Source: an uncultured Planctomycetota bacterium (lineage in GTDB: Bacteria > Planctomycetota > Phycisphaerae > Tepidisphaerales > Tepidisphaeraceae). Taken from it: DNA of 64,000 nucleotides. The translations under genes were made by a program, and so were the position numbers. Position 1 is the stretch's first letter; every line of letters starts with the position of its first letter. Location: positions 512,001 through 576,000 of the forward strand of contig CAWJEN010000005.1 of assembly GCA_963841915.1 (NCBI GenBank). Direction: 5' to 3'. Shown here piece after piece: positions 1-10,065 of this stretch. The notes under the pieces were generated by a model. The model saw only the letters and a program-made list of their open reading frames with translations, did no database searches and was not told the origin of the DNA.

Positions 1-2
1 CG

Positions 3-1931
3 GGCCAGATTGATCGCATAGAAGATGACGCCGCACGCCTGGTTCGCCAGCGGGCGACGATCGGCAACGGTGACACGACGCTCATCGACCTGCAGATCGA
101 TCTGCGTCTGCTCCGCCGGGCTGTGCTGGAGGCAGCCAAGGTTGGGGCTGATGAACCGGCGGCACGCGTCGCGGCTCTACGGGAGGCGGACCTGGCGACG
201 CTCATCGACGCGGTCGACGCACTCAACGCAGTACCTGGAGACGGCATCGAAGCCGCCCGGCAGCTCAACGAACGCAGCTACGCCGTTGATCCCGACGCTC
301 ACCCGGACACGATGATTCGCGGCGTCGGGCAGTTGACACTCATCGCACTAGGCCGGTCGGGTGAGGCACGTTCGCTGCCGACGATGCGACCGGCGGTGCT
401 TCCCCCAGTTGACGCTCCGGCAGAGGTAGTTGAGACGCTGGATGCAACGCCGACGGATCTGGCCGGGCAGGTGCGGGCATTGCCGGTGACGGTGGAGCTT
501 CGCCGGGCGCTGGAGTCGGTCGTGGCCGAGTCGCAGGCGGAACCGGCGCTACTGCCCACGGCGCGGCAGGCTGTCGGACTTGCCCGTGCGGTTGCCGGTA
601 ACACAGCCGGCCTGACGCCCGGCGAGCGGCGGAATGTCGAGACTGATCTGACGACGGCTGTGCTGCTCTCGCTCGATCCGCGCCTGCGCGATGCAGGCAT
701 AAAGCGTCTGCAGAACTTCGCCTCGCTGGCCGACGTCGCCGCGGCCATGGACACGGTGCCGGCCGGTGGTGGCGAGTTGGCGAATCTTGTCGCCGCTGCG
801 CGTCGGGACTCGATCTGGACCGCTCAATTGCTGGTCGTGGTAGGCGACTTCTACACCGAAGAAGCGCGTCACGACGCGTTGACGAACGTGCGGGAGATTC
901 CGCCGGCATTCAGATCATCGATGGAGCAACTGGCAGGTAACTATGACCGCCGCCGGCTCAAGATCGTCGAAGCTGCCAAGCGTTTTGGCGTCGACGACGG
1001 CCAGCGGTCGGCGCTGTTCGATGCCGATCCCGACGACTTCACCGCGTGGGTCGGCGAGCTGCGCCGGATCAACGACGTACGCACCGCTGCGACAGCGATT
1101 GCAACGCGGCTGACGGTTGTGGAGCAGACCCTGCAGGTTCGCCCAACAGGCGCGCTGCAGAGGACGGCCGCGCGTTCACTCGTGCGGGCATCGGCCATGG
1201 GTGAGACGGTTGACCGCGTTGCCGCCGAGGCAGAGGTGCTCGCCGCCGGTCAAATCGCCAACGCGCTAGCCGTCAACGAACAGCTTCGCGAGCAACTGCA
1301 GTCGCTGACACCCGACTTGGCTCGTGCGGTCGGGCTCGACGACCCGATGACCTTGGCTGACCAGCATCTGGCCGTCACGGCAGAGGTTGCCAATTCCTTA
1401 GCGAACAACCTGCTCGACGCGACGGCGATCCAGACGGTGGCGACGACGCTTGATGCCTACCCGCAGCTTGCCGACGCGCTGGCGGCGTTGCCGGAGCTGG
1501 AGGCGGCGTACGAGGCGGCCGACACGCTGCAGCCGTGGGCCGACTGGTCAATCACGAGCGAAGCGGCGGCGGCATTTTTCGAGCCGTACCGGAGCACACT
1601 CGCCCGCGCGATCGGTGAGGCCGGCACCACAGAAGGACCCGCCGCCTGGGACGCGTTTGCGGTCGAGCGTGATCGGGTCGAGCCGATGACACAGTTCCTG
1701 CAGGCAGCTTCGCGATATGCGCAGGCGGCGTGGCCGGCCGATGACGCTGTCGTGGCCGCGGCGGCACGACTCGACACGCCGTCCCTCGATCAGCCGTTCG
1801 AGGCAGAGCGGTACGTCTCCTCGGCGCTGACGGCCTGGGTGTCGACGCGGAAGGACCCGAAGCTCGATCGCCTTGTCAGCGACGTGATTCTGCAACAGCT
1901 TGCCGACGGTTTCGAGTCTGGGCCAAAGTGA
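3..1931 (+). CDS. Hypothetical Ala-rich helical protein, 5'-truncated by the window edge
   Basis: The frame of ORF 123..1931 stays open back to position 3 (GQIDRIEDDAARLVRQ...). No recognisable motif. Confidence 0.7.
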   Translation, partial: GQIDRIEDDAARLVRQRATIGNGDTTLIDLQIDLRLLRRAVLEAAKVGADEPAARVAALREADLATLIDAVDALNAVPGDGIEAARQLNERSYAVDPDAHPDTMIRGVGQLTLIALGRSGEARSLPTMRPAVLPPVDAPAEVVETLDATPTDLAGQVRALPVTVELRRALESVVAESQAEPALLPTARQAVGLARAVAGNTAGLTPGERRNVETDLTTAVLLSLDPRLRDAGIKRLQNFASLADVAAAMDTVPAGGGELANLVAAARRDSIWTAQLLVVVGDFYTEEARHDALTNVREIPPAFRSSMEQLAGNYDRRRLKIVEAAKRFGVDDGQRSALFDADPDDFTAWVGELRRINDVRTAATAIATRLTVVEQTLQVRPTGALQRTAARSLVRASAMGETVDRVAAEAEVLAAGQIANALAVNEQLREQLQSLTPDLARAVGLDDPMTLADQHLAVTAEVANSLANNLLDATAIQTVATTLDAYPQLADALAALPELEAAYEAADTLQPWADWSITSEAAAAFFEPYRSTLARAIGEAGTTEGPAAWDAFAVERDRVEPMTQFLQAASRYAQAAWPADDAVVAAAARLDTPSLDQPFEAERYVSSALTAWVSTRKDPKLDRLVSDVILQQLADGFESGPK

Positions 1932-2029
1932 CGGCATCAGCGGGTCGATGCACGGCTTGAGGGTGGTTGCCTGACGGCTGCCCCACACGCCCGCGACCTG
2001 GTGGTCGCGTCACTTCGACCCAGATTGCC

Positions 2030-2887
2030 ATGGCCTCCTCCGGAACCGTTCAGACGCCGATTCAGCTCTACTTGCGTCAGATCAACGACTCACCGTTGTT
2101 GACCGCCGACGAGGAGAAGATGCTGGCCCGCCGCATCATCCACCAGCAGGACATGGCCGCCCGCGAGCGGATGGTCCGCAGCAACCTGCGGCTCGTCGTC
2201 AACATCGCCAAGCACTATCAGCACCGCGGCATGCCGCTGATGGACCTGATCGAAGAGGGCAACATCGGCCTGCTCAAAGCTGTCGAAGGATTCGACCCGG
2301 AGAACGGGGCACGCTTTAGCACCTACGCAAGCTGGTGGATCAAGCAGGCGATCAAGCGGGCGCTCATCAACGGCGTTCAGCCCATTCACATTCCGGCGTA
2401 CATGGTCGAGCTCATGACGCGCTTCCGCCGCAACACCAAGGCGCTGACCGACGAGATCGGCCGCCCGCCGAGCGATGCGCAGCTGCGCCGCTCGATGGAA
2501 GTGACGGAAAAGAAGTTCGGCATCATCAAGCAAGCGATCAAGGCGTACCACAGCCCGACGCAGTTCGTCGGTGCCGCCGGGCGCGACGGGGACGAGATGC
2601 AGATTGCCGATGTCGTTCGCGACGGCTGCCCGACGCCCGACGAAGAGACGATGAACTTCGACGACCTCGAGCGGATGCACGAACTGCTGGAGAACATCGA
2701 CGAGCGTGCCGCCACGATCCTTCGCCTCCGCTTCGGCCTGGGTGGCGGTGAGCCGATGACACTCAAGGAGATCGGCACCCACGTCGGCCTCACCCGCGAG
2801 CGCGTCCGCCAGATCGAACACGAAAGCGTCGCCCGCCTGCGGGAGACCATGATCGGTGACAACGTCGGTAAGCAGATTGCGGCTTGA
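2030..2887 (+). CDS. RNA polymerase sigma-70 family factor (regions 1.2-4, no region 1.1; group 2-like)
   Basis: YLRQI..PLLT.DEE, NLRLVVNIAK, DLIEEGNIGLLKAVEGFDP..RFSTYASWWIKQAI, TLKEIG..GLTRERVRQIE. ATG 2030 chosen as start. Confidence 0.93.
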   Translation: MASSGTVQTPIQLYLRQINDSPLLTADEEKMLARRIIHQQDMAARERMVRSNLRLVVNIAKHYQHRGMPLMDLIEEGNIGLLKAVEGFDPENGARFSTYASWWIKQAIKRALINGVQPIHIPAYMVELMTRFRRNTKALTDEIGRPPSDAQLRRSMEVTEKKFGIIKQAIKAYHSPTQFVGAAGRDGDEMQIADVVRDGCPTPDEETMNFDDLERMHELLENIDERAATILRLRFGLGGGEPMTLKEIGTHVGLTRERVRQIEHESVARLRETMIGDNVGKQIAA

Positions 2888-3039
2888 GGATCACCCTGTA
2901 GACCGCATCGGTGTCAGCCGGTTCTGCATCTGCGGATCTGAAAGCACGTTCCGCAGCCTCGTGCGAAGAAGAGCGTTGATCAGCTAAGGCGAATCGTCGA
3001 TGCAGCTTCTTAGCATCGCCCGTGCCGGGTCCTACGCGA

Positions 3040-4509
3040 ATGCTGAACCGGCCTGCATCGACAGCAGGCATTCTCATCGCGGGTCTCGTCTTCCTGACGC
3101 TCTTGACTCGCGTGCTGGGGCCGGTCGATCTCAACGGGACCGACCAGCATCGGACCATGAGCTACACGCTCGACATGCTGCTCCGCGGCGGAGAAGCTTT
3201 CGTGTTGCCTCAGGATTCGTGGGGGTTTGGGGCGACGAAGCCACCCTTGTACAACTGGATCGGGCTGCCGTTCTTGTGGCTGCTTGGCCCGCTGGAGCTT
3301 GTTTATAAGCTGCCTGCCTTGCTAAGTACGTTGATCGCAACGGCGGCCGTCGCAGTGGCCGGTTGGCGACTCGGAGACCGCTCGCGTCAACGGGTGGTGC
3401 TGGCCGTTCTGGCGGTGGCTGCGTTCCTGCTCAACACGACGATCATCAAGCTCGTCTACTACGCCAGGCCAGACATGCCGCTCGTGGCGTGCGTGGCCGT
3501 TGCGTGGTTGGCGGCAACTTTGGGGCTGGCCAGGGCTGACGAGGGCGAACCCGCTGGTCGTCACGCCGTCGTCTTTTGGCTCGCCGTTGCTTTGGGCCTG
3601 CTGGCGAAAGGGCCGCCTGCGTTGCTCGTCGTGGCCTACGCATTTCTCGCCGCTCGGGTCTGCTTCGGGAAGTGGTCGCTGGTCCGCTCGCTTTGGCCGG
3701 GTATCGGGTTGCCGCTGGCCCTTGCACCGTTCGCAGCGTGGCTGGTCGGAGCGTTTGCCATCGACGCCAGCCACGCGGGTGGCGTGCTCGTGGGCGAAGA
3801 GGTTGGCCGCGTCAGTGACGGGGCGTGGCTGATTCTCGAGGACATTTACAAGGTGCCTTTGAACTTCGTCGAGAAGTTCTTCCCGTGGTCGATCTGCGTC
3901 ATCGTGGCAGCCGTGCTGGCGAGTCAAGGCGTCGGACTATGGCGGAGCAAAGCCGGGCCGGGCGTGTTGCTCGTGCTCGTCTTCGTGGCTGCGTTGTCGC
4001 TGTCAGCGGGGAAGCGAAGCGTCTATCTGGCCCCAACCTACGCCGTCGCTGCGCCATTGGCGGCCCTTGGGCTGCTTCTGCTCTGGAACGTGCTGGGCAG
4101 GTGGCGCTCGGTGCTCATCGCTGTGCCGCTGATCGGGCTGGGCATGACGCTTTGGTACGTCTTCGTCGACAGCTATCCGGCCTCCACCGGGCGAGGCGAT
4201 CGGCTTAAAGCCTTCGCCGCAGCTGTAGACTCGACCGCCGGTAACGACGGCATTGTCTTCGGCGACGCAGGAAATAACCCGCTCCAGAGCCTGCTGGGTC
4301 GACATCAAGCGTCGCGGCCTGCGCTGAGGCCGGTTTGGGTGGTGACGCGTGTGACACCTGACAACGTCGACGACGCGGTGAAGCGGTCGGGGCAGCTTTG
4401 GGAAGGACTCGACGGGAACGAGACCCGCGGCGTCTTTGAGCTCGGGTTGTTCCACGTGGAACAGCAGGGCGACGGCACCGAAGTGCCTTTGCCCGCGACC
4501 ACCAACTAG
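3040..4509 (+). CDS. ArnT/PMT-family (GT-C) membrane glycosyltransferase
   Basis: [25 protein letters not shown] and KRSVYLAP motifs; many TM helices. Confidence 0.82.
   Translation: MLNRPASTAGILIAGLVFLTLLTRVLGPVDLNGTDQHRTMSYTLDMLLRGGEAFVLPQDSWGFGATKPPLYNWIGLPFLWLLGPLELVYKLPALLSTLIATAAVAVAGWRLGDRSRQRVVLAVLAVAAFLLNTTIIKLVYYARPDMPLVACVAVAWLAATLGLARADEGEPAGRHAVVFWLAVALGLLAKGPPALLVVAYAFLAARVCFGKWSLVRSLWPGIGLPLALAPFAAWLVGAFAIDASHAGGVLVGEEVGRVSDGAWLILEDIYKVPLNFVEKFFPWSICVIVAAVLASQGVGLWRSKAGPGVLLVLVFVAALSLSAGKRSVYLAPTYAVAAPLAALGLLLLWNVLGRWRSVLIAVPLIGLGMTLWYVFVDSYPASTGRGDRLKAFAAAVDSTAGNDGIVFGDAGNNPLQSLLGRHQASRPALRPVWVVTRVTPDNVDDAVKRSGQLWEGLDGNETRGVFELGLFHVEQQGDGTEVPLPATTN
4448..4463. promoter_or_regulatory. 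parS-like centromere site inside the glycosyltransferase CDS
   Basis: Perfect 16-bp palindrome TGTTCCACGTGGAACA matching the canonical parS consensus TGTTNCACGTGNAACA. Confidence 0.8.
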
Positions 4510-5789
4510 ACGTCGAGCAGGAGACGTGCCGGGTCTTCAAGCAGGGTCTTGAGTCGGACGAGGAAGCTGACGCTCTCCTTGCCGTCGACGATGCGGTGGT
4601 CGTAGCTGAGGGCCACGTACATCATCGGTCGGATCTTGACCTCACCGTCGACGGCCATGGGGCGTTGCTGGATCGTGTGCATGCCCAGGATGCCCGATTG
4701 CGGGGCATTGATGATGGGCGTGCTGAGCAGGCTGCCAAAGACGCCGCCGTTGGTGATGGTGAAGGTGCCACCCGACATGTCGGGCAGGCCCAGCTTGCCG
4801 TCCCGGGCGGCCAGGGCGACCCGCTTGATCTCCTTCTCGACCGTCGCGAACGACATGTCCTGCACGTTCTTGATGACGGGCACCGTCAGGCCACGCTCGG
4901 TGCTGACCGCTACGCCCAGGTTGACGTAGTCGTGGTAGACGATGTCGTCACCGTCGATGCGGGCGTTGACCCGCTCGAACTCGCCCAGTGCCACAGCCGC
5001 AGCCTTGCTGAAAAAGCTCATGAAGCCCAGACCCACGCCATGCTTCTCGCCGAAGGGCTCCTTGTACTTCTTACGAAGTTCCATGACTTCCGTCAGGTCA
5101 ACTTCGTTGAACGTCGTTAGGATGGCTGCACTCTGCTGGGCGGCGAGCAGGTTGCGGGCGATGCTCTTGCGCATCCGGCCCATCGCCACGCGACGCGTCG
5201 GCTGACCGGTTGCGCCGACCGTCGCCACACCCGACGCCTGTGCCGGTGGCTTGCTCGCAACAGCCGGCTCGGCCCTAGGTGCCTGCTTCGACTCGGCAGC
5301 GGTGTCGACAAGGGCCAGCACGTCTTCCTTCGTCAGCCGACCGTTAGGGCCGGTCGCCTTGATCGTCGCCGGGTCGATGTTCTTCTCACTGACGATGCGG
5401 CGGACGGCCGGTGACAGGTCGGCCAAGACGTCCGTCGACACCTTCGACGTGCTACCGGCCTGCGGCTCGGCGGTGGGCTTGGCGTCGTCGGCGGGTTGCT
5501 TGGCCTCGGCAGGGGCGTCGGCCGAGGACGTGGCGTCGCCGGCGGTCTTGTCGGTGTCGATCCTGGCAGCCACGTCACCGATGGCCAGCGTGTCACCGAC
5601 CTCGGCAACGATGGCCGTCACGACGCCTGCAAACGGTGCGGGCATGTCGACGTTGGCCTTGTCCGTCTCGACCTCGGCCAGCGGCTCGTCAGCCTCGACA
5701 AACTGACCGACTGCCACGTGCCAACTCAGAATCGTGACCTCGGCCACGCTCTCAGCTACTTCGGGAACGACGACGTCTTGCTCGGGCAT
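4506..5789 (-). CDS. sucB: 2-oxoglutarate dehydrogenase E2, dihydrolipoyllysine-residue succinyltransferase
   Basis: Lipoyl domain EVETDKA, E3-binding [18 protein letters not shown], catalytic [13 protein letters not shown]. Start MPEQD at 5789. Confidence 0.95.
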   Translation of the reverse strand: MPEQDVVVPEVAESVAEVTILSWHVAVGQFVEADEPLAEVETDKANVDMPAPFAGVVTAIVAEVGDTLAIGDVAARIDTDKTAGDATSSADAPAEAKQPADDAKPTAEPQAGSTSKVSTDVLADLSPAVRRIVSEKNIDPATIKATGPNGRLTKEDVLALVDTAAESKQAPRAEPAVASKPPAQASGVATVGATGQPTRRVAMGRMRKSIARNLLAAQQSAAILTTFNEVDLTEVMELRKKYKEPFGEKHGVGLGFMSFFSKAAAVALGEFERVNARIDGDDIVYHDYVNLGVAVSTERGLTVPVIKNVQDMSFATVEKEIKRVALAARDGKLGLPDMSGGTFTITNGGVFGSLLSTPIINAPQSGILGMHTIQQRPMAVDGEVKIRPMMYVALSYDHRIVDGKESVSFLVRLKTLLEDPARLLLDV

Positions 5790-5860
5790 CTGCTGGGGCT
5801 CTCGTTGGGGAAGGAAGGTTGCACGAAGCATACCGCCGTCGATGTGCGACGCACGCCAAG

Positions 5861-5876
5861 CGTTCTACGTGGAACA
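5861..5876. promoter_or_regulatory. parS-like site (2 mismatches)
   Basis: CGTTCTACGTGGAACA in the sucB/ChaN divergent intergenic region. Confidence 0.65.
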
Positions 5877-5935
5877 TCCTCTTACGTCGAACATCGGTAG
5901 TTGCTTCGAGGGCGTTGCGTGCGGAACATGCGGGT

Positions 5936-6988
5936 ATGCCCGTCCCGAAGTCGCTCTGTGTTGCCGCCGCCGTCTCGCTTGTGCTGGGCGGCTGTGCCTC
6001 TGATCCGGCTCCACTTGCTGCGCTAGACGACGCCAACGCACCTTCCATTGCCGACGTGCAGGCCGACGCCGACAGCTCGTACCTGGCCCTTGTCGACACG
6101 AAACCTGCGGAGCAGATTCCGATGTACGACGGCCTTACCGCAGAGCCCGTCACCGGTCGCGACCTGCAAATGCGGCTGACCGAGGCCGACGTTGTGGTCA
6201 TCGGCGAGGTACACGACGACGCGCTGGCAGGTCCGATCGAGCAGCGTCTCGTCGCCGCCGCCTTACCGGGCCAAGACGGCACGGGCGCTCTGACGCTCGA
6301 AGCCCTGGAGCGTGGCCGCTCGACCGCTGACAGCCTGGCCGATTGGCCCGACGCGGGCGAGCAGTACAAGCAGCTCATCACGATCGCCCGTCGGGCGGGC
6401 GTGCCGATTTTGCCCGCCAACGCCCAACGCGTTGACGCCGCCCGTGCCCGCGTCGAAGGCGAAGCCGCCATGCGAGCGGGCGAAGGCTTCGGCGTCGACT
6501 ACGAGCTGCCGACCGCCGAAGAGCGTGAGGCGCTGGCCGACTACGAGAAGGCGTTCGAAGACGTTTTTGCGGAGCTGAGCAAGCTCGAAGGCTCTGCCAA
6601 GGCGCCATCGACGCAGCCGGGACGCGCGGTCAGCGACTTCTACACGGCACAGCTCGTGTGGGACGCGACAATGGCCGACTCCATCGCCACGGCGTACGGG
6701 CAGCACGGGTCGCCGATCGTCCACGTCGTCGGCGGCTTCCACAGCGAGTTTGAAGGTGGCCTGACGACGCTGCTCGAGCGTCGCGGCCTCGACGTGCTGA
6801 CGATCAGCATTCTGCCCGTCGAGGCCGAACGCCTCCGCACCGAAGACGTGGGCCGCGCCGATGTCGTGCTTTACACCGGTCCAGAACGTCCGATGCGCTG
6901 GACGACGCTCGCGACCCGACCGACGACTCAACCAACAACGCTACCGGCGACGCGGCCGACCACGGCTGCGACACGACCCGGCGTCTAA
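5936..6988 (+). CDS. ChaN-family (haem-uptake/TIKI-like) lipoprotein
   Basis: Lipobox LGGC; ADVVVIGEVHD, LTLEALER, AQLVWDATMADSIA, VHVVGGFH; Thr/Pro-rich tail. Confidence 0.8.
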   Translation: MPVPKSLCVAAAVSLVLGGCASDPAPLAALDDANAPSIADVQADADSSYLALVDTKPAEQIPMYDGLTAEPVTGRDLQMRLTEADVVVIGEVHDDALAGPIEQRLVAAALPGQDGTGALTLEALERGRSTADSLADWPDAGEQYKQLITIARRAGVPILPANAQRVDAARARVEGEAAMRAGEGFGVDYELPTAEEREALADYEKAFEDVFAELSKLEGSAKAPSTQPGRAVSDFYTAQLVWDATMADSIATAYGQHGSPIVHVVGGFHSEFEGGLTTLLERRGLDVLTISILPVEAERLRTEDVGRADVVLYTGPERPMRWTTLATRPTTQPTTLPATRPTTAATRPGV

Positions 6989-7085
6989 GTGTTTGGTGAA
7001 ACACAAGGTCGCTGCGGCTCTACGGGCCGCCGATCTGTTGCGCCGCGGCGGCCATCTGGGGTTGGCGGGGCGGGGCGGAGCCGAT

Positions 7086-7101
7086 TGTTCCACGTGGAAC
7101 A
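7086..7101. promoter_or_regulatory. parS-like site
   Basis: Perfect TGTTCCACGTGGAACA, intergenic. Confidence 0.85.
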
Positions 7102-7152
7102 TCGGCCGACCGTCGTGGCGGGCTGTGAGCGGGGTCGGCAGTCAGCCGCCAA

Positions 7153-7168
7153 TGTTCCACGTGGAACA
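7153..7168. promoter_or_regulatory. parS-like site
   Basis: Perfect TGTTCCACGTGGAACA, starting 67 bp after the previous copy. Confidence 0.85.
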
Positions 7169-7398
7169 ATCGGGTCCGCCAGTGCGTCGGCGGGTCGTTC
7201 GCCACCAAGTGTTGCTCGTGAAGATTCTGCGGTCTTCTGCCGTCATTTTTCAAAGGCGGTTGTCGGCCGTCAGTTGAAATACAGCCGTTTCTGACCTGCG
7301 CCGCCGCGGCCGCCACGGCGCATCGAAACGAGCCGCAGGTCGGACCCGGCGGGTCGCGCCTGCGGCTCAGAAAGCCGCGGATTCGATGGTGTGAAAGA

Positions 7399-9783
7399 TC
7401 AGCTTTCGTTCTCGACCGAGTCGATGGTGTCACCGGCTTCGCGGTCTTCGTCGGTGTCGTCGCCGTCACCACCGAAGATGGCGTCGTTGCCGGCACCGCC
7501 GCGGAACAGGTCGTTGCCGAAGAAGCCACGGAGCACGTCGTCACCGTTGCCACCTTCGAGCGTGTCGGCTCCGCCGTTGGCCGCGCCGCCGCGTGGGCCG
7601 CTTTCGGCGTCGCCGAGCAGCGTGTCTGCACCATCGCCACCGATGAGCAGGTCGGTGTTGCCGTAGCCGCGGAGCAGATCGTTGCCTTCACCACCGTCGA
7701 GGCTGTCGCGGGAACCGCTGCCGTTGAGCAGGTCGTTACCCGGGCCGCCGCGAAGGTCGTTCTGGTCGAGGCCACCGGTGAGCGTGTCGTTGCCCTCGCC
7801 ACCGATGAGCGTGTCGCGGTCGAAGTAGCCCGCCGCCAGCGTGGCGTCTTCGTAGTCGATATCGGTCCCGCCCAGCAGGTAGTCGTCGCCTGCGTCACCG
7901 ACGATGGAGTCGTTGCCACCAGAGCCGTCGAGCACGTCGTCGCCGTCACCACCGAAGATTTCGTCGTTGGCCAGGCCGGTCGTGACGGTGTCGTCGCCTG
8001 CACCGGCAAAGACGCGGGCGGCCGGGACGTCGGAGGCGAGCACGATCGTGTCGTTGCCGTCACCACCGGTGATTTCGAGAATGCCTACGTCACCGACGGC
8101 CCGGTCGACGATGGAGCCGTTGACGCTGACGCGAACGTTTCCGCCGTTGATGGAGATGTTGATGTCGTCGTCACCGCTGGTGCCGTTGACGCTGATCTGG
8201 CCGTTGGAGCCGTCGTAGGTTGCAGCCAGTCGCACGTCGGCCTGGCTGATGACGACGAGCTCTGCGCCGAGGTCACCGGTAATGGTGACGGTGACGGGAA
8301 GCCCTTCAGCCGTGTCGCTGTAGGTGTGGCTGCCGACGACTTCAAAGGTGCCGGGCGTGGAGCCGGCGCGGACCACGACGTCTTCGTCGGTCGCGTCACC
8401 CGCTTCGCCGTCGACGACGCCGTCGCCCCAGTCGATCTGTGCGGTCCAGTCGTCGAAGGTGCCACCGACGTCGCTGTCGGTGAAGGTGGCGACGACGACG
8501 TCTGCCAATTCGACGCCGCGTAGGGCGCGGACGGTTTGGCCCTGGCCGGTCGCGCCTTCGTCACCGACGCCGACGACAACGCGTTGCACGTCGTAGGGGA
8601 AGCTGGTGTTGCCGCGAATCGTGCGCGGTGCGTCGGCGGTCGTGTCGTTGTTGTCGGTGTCGAAGATGTCGCGGGCGTAGACGAAGAATTCGGCCGGTCC
8701 GGTGAAGCCGCCTTCGGGCGTGAAGGTGACATTGCCGGTGGTGTTGTCGACGACGAGCGTGCCGACGCCCGCCTGTGTCAGGACGGGCGCGCTGCCGCGC
8801 TCGAAGTTGGTGAAGCTGGCGGCATAATCAATGTCGTCACCCTCGGGGTCAGCGGCGAGCGCGTTGATGACGATGGCCTCACCTGCGTCGGTGACGCGGT
8901 TGTCGTCGAGCGGCAGCAGGACGGCCGGGCTGTTCGTGTCGTCGGCAACGGTGTCGAACGTGAACGTGCGGGTCGACGACTCGTTGTTGACGTCGCTGGC
9001 GGTGACCTGGACGCTGAACGTCTGGCCGGCCGTGTCGTTGCCGGGCACGAGGCGGAAGACGGCATCGGTCTCGCTCTGGAACACCTCGACGCTGCTGACG
9101 GTCGGCACGTTCGTCGGTCGATCGCTGGCACCGGTCGGCAAGTCGCTGATCGTGTCGCGGACGTCGAAGCCGCGGATGAGCTGGCCGAACAGGGTGAAGT
9201 TGCCGTCGAGCTGGCGTTGCGGGCCTTCGGTGATGAAGAACTGGCTGGAGTTGGTGTCCTTGCCGCTGTTGGCCATGGCCAGCTGGCCGTCACCGGTGAA
9301 CAGGAAGTCGGGGTCGAACTCGTCGTCGAAGCTGTACTCGACACGCGGGCGGATCGGGTCAGAGTTCTGGCCGTTCTCGGTCGGGTCGCCGAACTGCAGG
9401 ACAAAGTCGTTGATGACGCGGAAGATCGACAGGCCGTCGTAGTACCCGGCGTCGGCCAGACCGCTGATGCGGCGGGCGGTCTCGGGCGCGATGTCGTCGT
9501 AAAGCTGGAACGTCATCTCCCCGAAGCCGTCGACATTCATGCGGAGAAAAGTGTTGTCGCGTGGCAACAGCTCCACGAACGCATCGTCGGCATTGTCACC
9601 GGTCAGCTCGACGGACAGCGTGACGTCGTCGCCGTCGGCATCGGTCGTGCGGACCGGCACGTAAAGCGCCCGGGCTTCGAGCGCCTCGTTGCTGATCGGC
9701 AGCGGCAGCACCTCAGGGGCGGCCAACAGCCGGCGGGCCTCGAGCGTTTCAGTGACGGCGGCACGGAGTCGAACGTGATTCAT
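7399..9783 (-). CDS. Extracellular cyclophilin-type peptidyl-prolyl isomerase with Ig/cadherin-like domains and RTX Ca-binding repeats
   Basis: N-terminal ETLEARRLLA (planctomycete LEPRxLL motif); YYDGLSIFRVI..FVLQFGDP; LAMANSGKDTNSSQFFIT; IDWGDG; many GGxGxD nonamers. Confidence 0.85.
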   Translation of the reverse strand: MNHVRLRAAVTETLEARRLLAAPEVLPLPISNEALEARALYVPVRTTDADGDDVTLSVELTGDNADDAFVELLPRDNTFLRMNVDGFGEMTFQLYDDIAPETARRISGLADAGYYDGLSIFRVINDFVLQFGDPTENGQNSDPIRPRVEYSFDDEFDPDFLFTGDGQLAMANSGKDTNSSQFFITEGPQRQLDGNFTLFGQLIRGFDVRDTISDLPTGASDRPTNVPTVSSVEVFQSETDAVFRLVPGNDTAGQTFSVQVTASDVNNESSTRTFTFDTVADDTNSPAVLLPLDDNRVTDAGEAIVINALAADPEGDDIDYAASFTNFERGSAPVLTQAGVGTLVVDNTTGNVTFTPEGGFTGPAEFFVYARDIFDTDNNDTTADAPRTIRGNTSFPYDVQRVVVGVGDEGATGQGQTVRALRGVELADVVVATFTDSDVGGTFDDWTAQIDWGDGVVDGEAGDATDEDVVVRAGSTPGTFEVVGSHTYSDTAEGLPVTVTITGDLGAELVVISQADVRLAATYDGSNGQISVNGTSGDDDINISINGGNVRVSVNGSIVDRAVGDVGILEITGGDGNDTIVLASDVPAARVFAGAGDDTVTTGLANDEIFGGDGDDVLDGSGGNDSIVGDAGDDYLLGGTDIDYEDATLAAGYFDRDTLIGGEGNDTLTGGLDQNDLRGGPGNDLLNGSGSRDSLDGGEGNDLLRGYGNTDLLIGGDGADTLLGDAESGPRGGAANGGADTLEGGNGDDVLRGFFGNDLFRGGAGNDAIFGGDGDDTDEDREAGDTIDSVENES

Positions 9784-10065
9784 AGGTGCTTTGTGGCGTA
9801 GTCGGATGTGGTTCAGGATCGGCACGAAGGCCGCTGTCGCGGGATCATAACCCCGACGACCGATAAAGGCATCGCACGCTTGGACGCGCGGGGGTGGCCT
9901 TGGTTGTGGGCCAGGATCCCGGAGCGTCGGGACGCGACCGTGAGGGGGTGGAGCGATCAAGCGTTCGCATGAGCTGACGCTCCGACAACGCCACTGAAGT
10001 GGCTTTGCCTCGATGGAGGTCGTCGCGTCGCGTCTCTGTGCCTCCGCCACCAATACCATGACTTC

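Noticed and set aside
6990..7003. TGTTTGGTGAAACA as a fifth parS
   Set aside because: It is 2 bp short and lacks the CACGTG core; at best a degenerate remnant.
6989..7398. Possible oriC in the parS-containing intergenic region
   Set aside because: No DnaA boxes (TTATCCACA-like) or AT-rich unwinding element seen, and no dnaA or dnaN nearby.
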